Shown piece by piece: positions 52,601-62,000 of a stretch of 62,000 nucleotides of DNA; the first letter of the stretch is position 1; every line of letters begins with the position of its first letter. The stretch is from Acanthaster planci (taxonomy: Eukaryota). The DNA is taken from the NCBI RefSeq assembly GCF_001949145.1, contig NW_019091404.1, positions 1,488,001 to 1,550,000 of the forward strand, given 5' to 3'. The notes under the pieces were generated by a model. That model was not told the DNA's origin. It ran no database searches and saw only the letters and a list, made by a program, of their open reading frames with translations. The position numbers and the translations under genes are program-made.

Positions 52601-55240
52601 AATAGAGAAAGAGTTTTCAACACAGCATAACATTTTTCTGTTAGTCGTATTTTATCTTCAACAACTGATGCACCAGGGCTGTGAAAAACAACTCAATTCC
52701 TATAACAGCAAAGGCAGGGCCATGCTCGGGATGGACGTTGTGCCTGACTAAGATACTGGTACCAAATCATCATTTTCATACACAGTGATGAGGCTGAACC
52801 AGATGCCAGTCTGACGGATTGTTGAAGCGTTCTTCGGGTTAACCTTTTGACATTTTGTGGTTTCAACTGCTATTGTGTTGGTATTTCCAAAGAAGTACTT
52901 GTGCTATTTACTTGCCCTTTTTTCCCCCTTGCTTGACTATAGAAAGGCAATGTGCGTGCTTCCTTTCACGGTTTCACATTCTCTTTTTTACTGCTTTAGA
53001 AAAAAGCAACATGTACATGTATGTTTTTGTTCACACTGCGAATAAATGCTGTCGTGTTGTCACTCAGAGAGCAGACTTTGGTGGATAATTGTTCAATGAG
53101 TGATGTTTAGAAACTTAATTTATGGAGCTGCAGGAAAAAGGATGGTGTTAAATCATAAAAACCATAAGAATTCCTGAAGCAGTTATTATATAAAGACTTC
53201 CTCTGCTCTCTGATAAAGAGCACTCAATTGACTGTATTGTTACAATCTGAGGGCTTTTTCTGTGGGAACTGAATTACATACATGTACATGCATGAATTCC
53301 TGCAAATGGTTTCATTCCTACATGTACAAGCCTCTAAATGACTTTGACACTATCTCCCCTTCTGATGGTTTGCCATATCGGCTCATCAGCGCTGCTCTCA
53401 TTCATGCAGCGCTCGCGACGGATGCCAAGCCCTGCCTGACTCGTGCAGTGCACTGAGCAGCTGAGCGAGAAAGGCAGAACGACAAAAGAGAGAGAAAGAT
53501 GCAGTTACTATCCGATGGGAGATGGATGCCGGAGATTGCCAACCCGCTCTGCTCATGCTGCATGGCACATGTACACATTGTGGAGCAGTCCGAGCATCGG
53601 GTTGATGAAAGTTCCTCCCCTCTGGGCACGAGAGAAAGAGAGCTGGAACGAGGGGGATATCTCCTGACAACAGGGCTCCAGCTCCCGTTGCATTGTGAAT
53701 CATCCGATGAATCCTCCTGCTGTCGACTTAAGCCCAAGTGAGACAAGCCCCTCCTTGCATTTCTGCTCTCGCATGATGCTCACTCTACTCTTATCCAAAC
53801 CCCTGACGCTTTCGCCTGGAGCAGGTTCCACAAAATGAATCACAAAAGCAGGATAATTTCCCCCTTTTGAAGGCCAAGGAAAGCTAAAATTCAGACCCTT
53901 GAGGAAGTAACCGCGCGATAACTCAAAGCTGCTCTCGATTTACAAGATTCACCAACTGTTTCAGGATAGATACATTGCATTCCAACAGGCTACCTGCTCA
54001 AACATGTATACAATCAGTAACACCAGCATGCCAGTACTTGAGCTTTAAGATTTGTTTTCCCTCTTTTTAACCACATGGAAAACTTAAATAGCAAAATAAA
54101 ACTGACAGAAGTAGATTCATGTGAGTACATGCATGTCCATGTACAGGTACGATGCATGTACATGTACACATGAACGTGTAGCGGAATACTGGATCTTTTG
54201 AATTTCAAATACGTATTACATGTACATAAAATGAACTACAGAGTAAGCACAAGCTTTCTGCATAAGAAATACATTTTCCTCCTTCCATTTAAATCCTTTA
54301 GATGTATTTTCAAATTATATTCTATTCCAAAATGTAAATTTCTGTCACTAACAATTGCGCTGGAGAAAAAAAACCCTACAAAAACAAGAAACACATTTCA
54401 TATTTCATTAGGCTGCGAGACAAACAGGACTGATGTAAACTGACTTCTAAGCCTGTGCACATCTCTTGTTCGACATTTCAAAACTAGACAACCACCTACT
54501 GGGAAGTTAGAGGTCAACCCCCCGAAAAACATGTTATGCCTTCCTGTAGAGGAAGCAGACGAAGAGAGGAAAGCAAAGCAATCTGTTTACAGACATCGAC
54601 GGCCATTTTTTTCTCTCTTCCTTAAGTTCTGGAGACTGTCTCAGGATTTTTTTTTTATTGGATTAGATTCAAAGCTTGGCTAGCAGTTGCCGGAAAAATT
54701 GTTCAGGCTGCCGTGCACTGGAATAATTTATTTGTGATGGTCCGACTTGCACCAAAGTGGCAAACCCTAAAGGGGGGGGTGGGAGGAGTGGCCACAATCT
54801 ACGGTGACGCACATCTACAGGATCCCATGGCCTTCCAAACATTCACTTTCGACCGGTACATATTTTGCTTCCCTAAATTCCACAAAATTTGGCCGGCTGA
54901 CAAGTTTTCCTGATCTTGGTGGGACGCAAAAAGGTTCTGGGAATGGCCGTCACCATGTTGTTCGGTTCAGTGCTTGGGCCTGTTTGCCATTTCGAATTCA
55001 CACACATTTGCCAGCGAGGCTGTCACGTTGGAGAAGTGGTGAATGACACCATGAATGCCACTGATGTCACCATTTTTTTCTAGTAAGCATTCGCAAGAAA
55101 GCATAAACTACCGGCAGCCTTAAGAAGTGAAAGACTGCGGTAAAATTCCTCTTCTTCTGATACAACTATGTACTAACAATTCTAAACTACATGTACATGT
55201 AGTAATCTTACCTACAAGAGAAAGCCAATATACATGTGCA

Positions 55241-55503
55241 CGTGGGTAATTCCAGAAATTAGGGGTCCAAAAGTGTGACACTTTTGTGTCCCCCGACCCC
55301 CTGTTACATCTGACCTTTCTTATTTGATGTGGAAACATCACCGGAATTGATTTCAAACTATTACTATTTGTTTGGCAGGTAATTTGCATTAATTCATCAC
55401 TCTTGGAAATTAGAAAATGTGTTCTGAACTTACAAAATTATATGTCAGACGTGACAGGGACACGAAAAAAAAAATGGACCCTTAATTTCTGGAATTACCC
55501 ACG
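55241..55503. mobile_element. Tc1/mariner-like MITE, 263 bp
   Basis: 29-bp TIR cgtgggtaattccagaaattaggggtcca and tggacccttaatttctggaattacccacg (28/29). A second internal pair is ctgttacatctgac and gtcagacgtgacag. Flanks are CA and TA. Confidence 0.8.
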
Positions 55504-55894
55504 TATGCACTGGTATCTTGGGGGAAAACACTGGATGTTCACAAAGATACACGTACCTGCAAGGTACATGCGTACCAAATACATGCAGGGCCAACTGGCA
55601 CTTTTTGCAAAAAAATTATGTTCAAAGCGAGTGGTGCACGTACACGTTCAGGTAAAATGAACGCCGCTCTTTCCCAAAAGGTCTTTAAAAGAGCAACCTT
55701 TCACCCCCCAAAATGGTATCAGAGTTGGACAAAAAGGACCACACAAAGAACAACCAAAATGTTTCCAGTCTCCCTCTAGAAACCTCGCCACACGGAAAAT
55801 CCCTCATCTGTGGAGAGACTTCAACTTTCGGAAATGCCGCAAACATGCACATGAAACACTATAGGCGCACAGTACACTCAGCAACACATACGAA

Positions 55895-56135
55895 CTGCAT
55901 GTACATGTATTTATGTGCGCGCGTATACATGTTTGCAACGATGTGAAGATCATAATACCACTGAAATCGAACATGTAAAGCGGGAGACTTCACTTTGCAC
56001 GACACTGTGTACATGTACATCTACATGTACACGTAAGTATGACGGTATGATCATGGTATCATGTACATGTACCTACAGGTGTACATCAAGTACATGTACA
56101 TGACAGTGATTATGTTGTACATGTACATGTACATT
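55895..56135. repeat. (TACATG)n-like low-complexity cluster
   Basis: Dense imperfect acatgt/tacatgta units. Confidence 0.7.
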
Positions 56136-59114
56136 GTAGTTCTCAATACAAATGACCAAGAGCAACTTCCACATCAGTCATAGGGACTGGATTGGCAGGA
56201 TGGGATTCAGACAGCTCGGCTGTTAGCGTGATTACACAATTTTCAGTGAACTGAATGTCCAAATTGAATTTCACCCCATCCAGTGGGTTTGTTTGTCACA
56301 GATAGGGAGGGGGAAGGAGACAGACTGCAATGAAGTTTTAAACCGTCACAGGCTTCTGAGATGGAAATCAAAATGTAAATGGATGCGTCAGGAGAAATTT
56401 GATTTCTCTTTGCAGTTAACAGAAAACATTTCTTATGTACCAATGGTGATCGCCAACGTGCAAACTCACTGAGCTCTAATAAAATTTGTCTGTTGAGTTT
56501 CAGTGCAATAACTACATGTACATCTACTTAAAAACCCATTTTTCCAAATTTGTTTAAACACAAAAGCCAGCATACAATAAAAAAAAAAAAGAAATTGCAA
56601 GATTCAATTGGTGTACTAGTTCAATGGCCACTCCTCATCAATTATTCATGGTGCTCTTCATCACTCTGTAAAATTCAAGTGCGCAGCATGCATTTTGAAC
56701 TTACACTGTGCCCATTCAGCATATTAAATGCTGCCACTCTGCATATAATGCAGGTTCGGTGGCCACACTCATGCATGATTCATGAACAAAGACCCCCCTT
56801 CCCCCCTAATGTGACTGGATGAGCAATGCTCACTAGCATACAGTGTTGCAATGACTCATTCTGTCTCGCCTTCCTACGCGAGGCCCCGTGAGGCGACAAA
56901 ATTTATGCAGGGCACATTCACAGCAGGGCCATCGCCAAAGCCACTGGGGGACCCAGAACATGCACATTTCCCTATTCAAGCCTCAACTCTCTCTTTTTTA
57001 TCCCCCCTGTAGCTCATGATTATTCATAACAGTCTAGAGGCTGGGGTTGTATTGTGACAAGTCAGCGACTCCATTGTCAATATGAATTTCTGTGTGCGCC
57101 AAAATGCGGATGAGACATACGTGCACATGTACAAAATGGCTATGCAGTTACATGCAGCATCTCGTATTTCATCGCCATCTTAAATTTATGAGGCATCTGT
57201 GAAACGAAATAATGAAAAAGGTCACTTGAATGCCAATTTAATTACAGTGTAAAATTTCAACAAGGTAGATGGTGTATTATGTATATTGTTCATTACACGG
57301 GATGGCTTGTTTACATGTACATATAAAAAGCGACCATGCAAAGCAAGCTGACGTGTGCACCAAAATCTTCATGTGAAGAAGCTCTCCGCACTGTTTTTTT
57401 TTATAACAGTGATCAAAATCATAATCAGGGAAATTTATTTGTCCAACGCAGACATGAAAAGTAACTGAACAAAATAGAATACATTTGTTTTCAAATCAGA
57501 CAAATTTCTTTTCAAACGTGACTGGGAACATTTCTTTATAAAAAAAAATAACGATCGTTTTTGAGGATGCGTTAAAGTTTCTCTACAATTTTGCTAATGG
57601 CTCTCCAATTCCTACAATGCTCTCACACTGTTGGACAAAACACACAAAAGTCAACAAATAACACTAACTATGGAGTCACATTTCAGCATACTGCACTCTC
57701 GAGTGCTCACAACGGAAGCACACCAACCCAAGCTACATGGAGGATGGCTCAAAGTCGCAACCACAACCTGTCACTATTTTTAAAGTTTCATTCGATTCCC
57801 AGAGCAGGGAGGCGCTTCCTGATAAATTACAGAACGCCGCGGTAACAACACCACCGCTGTTCTGACACATTTGCAAGGAAATTATAGGGCCTTACTGAAA
57901 GTGAAGCTCAAAATTAAACTTTAAATTCATCACGGCTTTCCCCCAGGGCTTCCGTTGAAAAAAAAATAAAATTGCAACCCTCCTCCTCACACAAAACGTT
58001 CCTATTTGTCAAGATGTCTCATATGATATCTATCACTGTGGGGGGAGTTAAATTTGGCGAACCATTCCGGACCTGATGAGAAAATATTGAAAGTTACTGG
58101 ATTTTGAGGATTGGGTACGGGGGATGGGTGACTATTTGCCTTGGAGTTGGTTAAAGGAGGTTCTTTGAGATCATGAAGGGAGGCCCTAAGTAGATGTGAG
58201 AGGGAAGTCAGTGGACGGCATCACCATCGGCATGGCAATCATGGTGATTAAAATCCGAAGATAGCTCATACATCTAGGGCAGCGAGGACTGACCTTTTCT
58301 TCGATCCTGGCAAAGTCGAATTGAGACGTTTGCCCCGAAAAGGTATTACGAACTGACAAATGGAGGTGGATTATCACTGATAAGTAATGAACTCAGAATA
58401 CGCGGGCATGTTTGTGGTCATGCTAACTGTACACATAATGCTAATGTGTACTGTACAATCAAGAGAATGCTGCTTATTGGGCAAAATTTTGGCAAGTCAG
58501 GAAAAACCACTTCCCTCATCGCATTGTCAAGTGGCGAGAGAAGCAAAATCATTCTGAATTCAGGTATTTCACCCTCACAACTCACACTCCCTTACATGTG
58601 TATTCTTGTGGGGTATTTCCTTTGTTCTCGTGTACAAAACTCCCACACAACACGGAAAAAATTTCAAATCACTGCCATTTCAACCAAATTCAGTTTCCTG
58701 GGTTGACGTTTCGACCGTAAGTCCTTCATATAAAACACTTCAATTTGCGACAATGAATGGCACTTCAAAATTCCTCCTTTTTGAGTAAATTTGAAATATC
58801 TATTTCGTGAAATTCTTGTGGTTCTTGAGTTACCACTTTGGTACCCCCCAAGGATCAAAACTGGCCTTGTGGGGTACCTTCCATTGTTCCGGTACCCCAT
58901 GTACAAGCGCACTGCTGTGAACACACACACATATACTGGTACACGTACATGTAGGCCTACACATACATAGTATATGCACCTGACGAACACGAGTGAACTG
59001 CACATGTAAATTTATGTAATTTCTTTGGAAAACAATTGAATGCTTTAACGTCACAGTCAATCACATTACAAGTGTCCCTTGGACACGAATTTGATTTTTC
59101 TTGATCATGTTGTC

Positions 59115-59222
59115 NNNNNNNNNNNNNNNNNNNNNNNNNNNNNNNNNNNNNNNNNNNNNNNNNNNNNNNNNNNNNNNNNNNNNNNNNNNNNNNNNNNNNN
59201 NNNNNNNNNNNNNNNNNNNNNN
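59115..59222. other. Assembly gap (108 N)
   Basis: Run of N. Confidence 1.
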
Positions 59223-59443
59223 GGGCTGTTCCATTTTATTCAAGGTAAATATCCATAATTTAAATTTAACCAATTCATTTGTTTTGTTAGTATAATTTTG
59301 CAGCTGCTCTGTTGTGAAAGACACAATGTACTGTTGTATTTTGTTACATAATCTGAGACTTATCAATGGTAGCCAAGTGTTTATAAGGCCGTGTTTCAGC
59401 AGTGATGAACCACCAGTCAACCTCTGGCAGTCATCGAGCAAAC

Positions 59444-59775
59444 ATGAGTTTCCGTGAGGCTTGCAGTCTTCAGGAGAGCTTGACTGAGAGAGAGCTCTCT
59501 CTGTTTCAATTCAAGATGAAGAGAATAGAGCAAAAAAACAAAGATCCGGAGAAGAGAGACCCGACAAAGAAAGTAAAGAAGAGCAAGAAAGAAAGGCTGA
59601 CAGACAGAGGGCAGAAGAAGAGGATGAAGAGAAAGGAAAAACAAGGCCCACTGGCAAGGGAAAAAGATGTTGCTGGGCCCTCAACTGCCATGGATGACTC
59701 TCCTGAACGATCGTCATCACCCAATGCGTCTCCATCACCTCAACAATCCCCAACGACATCTCCAGATCATTTTTA
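59444..59775 (+). CDS. Lys-rich and Ser/Pro-rich open frame running into a gap; possibly the N-terminal disordered region of the downstream transposase
   Basis: ATG at 59444 in AAACATGA context, then 110 codons without a stop (MSFREACSLQ...KKVKKSKKER...SSSPNASPSPQQSPTTSPDHF). It is on the same strand as the transposase frame, but the link across the gap is unverified. Confidence 0.4.
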
Positions 59776-60381
59776 NNNNNNNNNNNNNNNNNNNNNNNNN
59801 NNNNNNNNNNNNNNNNNNNNNNNNNNNNNNNNNNNNNNNNNNNNNNNNNNNNNNNNNNNNNNNNNNNNNNNNNNNNNNNNNNNNNNNNNNNNNNNNNNNN
59901 NNNNNNNNNNNNNNNNNNNNNNNNNNNNNNNNNNNNNNNNNNNNNNNNNNNNNNNNNNNNNNNNNNNNNNNNNNNNNNNNNNNNNNNNNNNNNNNNNNNN
60001 NNNNNNNNNNNNNNNNNNNNNNNNNNNNNNNNNNNNNNNNNNNNNNNNNNNNNNNNNNNNNNNNNNNNNNNNNNNNNNNNNNNNNNNNNNNNNNNNNNNN
60101 NNNNNNNNNNNNNNNNNNNNNNNNNNNNNNNNNNNNNNNNNNNNNNNNNNNNNNNNNNNNNNNNNNNNNNNNNNNNNNNNNNNNNNNNNNNNNNNNNNNN
60201 NNNNNNNNNNNNNNNNNNNNNNNNNNNNNNNNNNNNNNNNNNNNNNNNNNNNNNNNNNNNNNNNNNNNNNNNNNNNNNNNNNNNNNNNNNNNNNNNNNNN
60301 NNNNNNNNNNNNNNNNNNNNNNNNNNNNNNNNNNNNNNNNNNNNNNNNNNNNNNNNNNNNNNNNNNNNNNNNNNNNNNNNN
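59776..60381. other. Assembly gap (606 N)
   Basis: Run of N. Confidence 1.
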
Positions 60382-61296
60382 CCCACTTTTCAACGCCCTG
60401 ATGACGACGAGCCGGTGGACTACTTCTTGCAGTTCTTTCCCCTGGAGCTTTTCAAGAAGATCGCCAGATATACCAACATCAACGGTCAGGGGAATTTACG
60501 CTGGACCACAACATCACCGGAGGAGATCAAGGCATGGTTTGGAATACGTATCATCCAGGGAGTCCACTCCAATTTCAACCTGGAGGATGACTGGTCAACC
60601 CATCCTGCCTTGAGGAACAACCTGGTGTCACGAACCATGACCCGAGGGAGATTCAACATGCTTTCCCAGATGATATGCTGTACCAATCCCTTGAAAGGCC
60701 CTCATAAGATAAAGGACAGGAAGAAGCGGCGTGAGTTCTACAAGAACAATCCACTGTACCAGCTGCAGTTAATCTGGGATACTGTCCTCCAGAGGTGCCT
60801 CACCAATTGGAATGCAGCCAAACAGCTGGCCCTTGATGAGGCTATGATTAAATATAAAGGCAGCAAAGCACAGGTCCGTCGATTCTTCATGCCCCTCAAG
60901 CCAACAAAAATGGGATTGAAAGTCTATGCCGTCTGTGAGGCATCTTCTGGATACCTGATCAACATGATGATACATTCGTCAAGCGGCCAGAAAATGCAGA
61001 GCATCTCCATGAAGATGATGGAGCCATTCTTGGGCCGTTACCATCAACTGTTCTGTGACAAGCTTTATACCTCGGCATCCCTTGCGAAAGGGCTGCTAGA
61101 AAATGAGACGTACATCTGTGAGGCAGTCAAACGCTCATCCAAAGGCCTCCCAGTGGAATTCATTACTGATGCAGAGATCAACCCCCGCTTGCACAAACAG
61201 ATGGCCCAGCTCGGCAAGGCACCGAGGGGTACAATGTACTTCCGGCAGCAACGCCAACTCACCGCCGTCTTGTGGAGGGATACCAAAGTGGTGTCA
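60382..61296 (+). mobile_element. piggyBac-family (PGBD4-like, DDE_Tnp_1_7) transposase coding region, partial
   Basis: 305 codons without a stop between two gaps, absent from the ORF track. Translation: PVDYFLQFFP...TN...W..TSPEEIKAWFG...WST...MTRGRF...LALDEAMIKYKG...FMPLKPTKMGLKVYAVCEASSGY...HQLFCDKLYTSASL...VLWRDTKVV. Two of the three catalytic Asp motifs (DEAM, DKLYTS) are visible. Confidence 0.93.
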
Positions 61297-62000
61297 NNNN
61301 NNNNNNNNNNNNNNNNNNNNNNNNNNNNNNNNNNNNNNNNNNNNNNNNNNNNNNNNNNNNNNNNNNNNNNNNNNNNNNNNNNNNNNNNNNNNNNNNNNNN
61401 NNNNNNNNNNNNNNNNNNNNNNNNNNNNNNNNNNNNNNNNNNNNNNNNNNNNNNNNNNNNNNNNNNNNNNNNNNNNNNNNNNNNNNNNNNNNNNNNNNNN
61501 NNNNNNNNNNNNNNNNNNNNNNNNNNNNNNNNNNNNNNNNNNNNNNNNNNNNNNNNNNNNNNNNNNNNNNNNNNNNNNNNNNNNNNNNNNNNNNNNNNNN
61601 NNNNNNNNNNNNNNNNNNNNNNNNNNNNNNNNNNNNNNNNNNNNNNNNNNNNNNNNNNNNNNNNNNNNNNNNNNNNNNNNNNNNNNNNNNNNNNNNNNNN
61701 NNNNNNNNNNNNNNNNNNNNNNNNNNNNNNNNNNNNNNNNNNNNNNNNNNNNNNNNNNNNNNNNNNNNNNNNNNNNNNNNNNNNNNNNNNNNNNNNNNNN
61801 NNNNNNNNNNNNNNNNNNNNNNNNNNNNNNNNNNNNNNNNNNNNNNNNNNNNNNNNNNNNNNNNNNNNNNNNNNNNNNNNNNNNNNNNNNNNNNNNNNNN
61901 NNNNNNNNNNNNNNNNNNNNNNNNNNNNNNNNNNNNNNNNNNNNNNNNNNNNNNNNNNNNNNNNNNNNNNNNNNNNNNNNNNNNNNNNNNNNNNNNNNNN
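61297..62000. other. Assembly gap to window end
   Basis: Run of N. Confidence 1.

Noticed and set aside
58186..58377. Upstream calsyntenin exon candidate
   Set aside because: The frames I read show no cadherin motifs, and the alternative frames stop early.
287..59060. Most short ORFs in the six-frame track
   Set aside because: They show no family motifs. They are intronic, UTR or antisense shadows of real exons (e.g. 25514-25735, 26379-26705, 12463-12855, 38011-38286).
59402..60613. Long ORFs of 200-400 aa spanning N runs
   Set aside because: Their length is an artefact of translating gaps. The real transposase frame starts at 60382 and is not in the track.

Overview
Animal genomic DNA with GT-AG introns. 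It is probably an invertebrate deuterostome such as an echinoderm; this is inferred from the vertebrate-like proteins and exon phases and from the repeat style, and is not proven. I reconstructed four spliced genes exon by exon, with consistent reading phase. They are the last three exons of an EFHD1/2 (swiprosin) gene (+), a complete SLC25A33/36 mitochondrial pyrimidine-nucleotide carrier (-, 7 exons, 317 aa), a complete PXYLP1/ACPL2 xylose phosphatase (+, 4 coding exons, about 591 aa, head-to-head with the carrier), and 13 exons of calsyntenin (-, 5' exons not found). A piggyBac-family transposase frame lies between assembly gaps at the right end. There are several MITEs, a tRNA-derived SINE and tandem repeats. 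The three most interesting observations are: (1) a 67-bp minisatellite built from the exon/5' splice-site junction just before the calsyntenin transmembrane exon; (2) a candidate in-frame cassette exon at the position where vertebrate CLSTN1 has its alternative exon; (3) SLC25A36-PXYLP1-CLSTN linkage that mirrors human 3q23 and 1p36. All analysis was by eye and no database searches were run.
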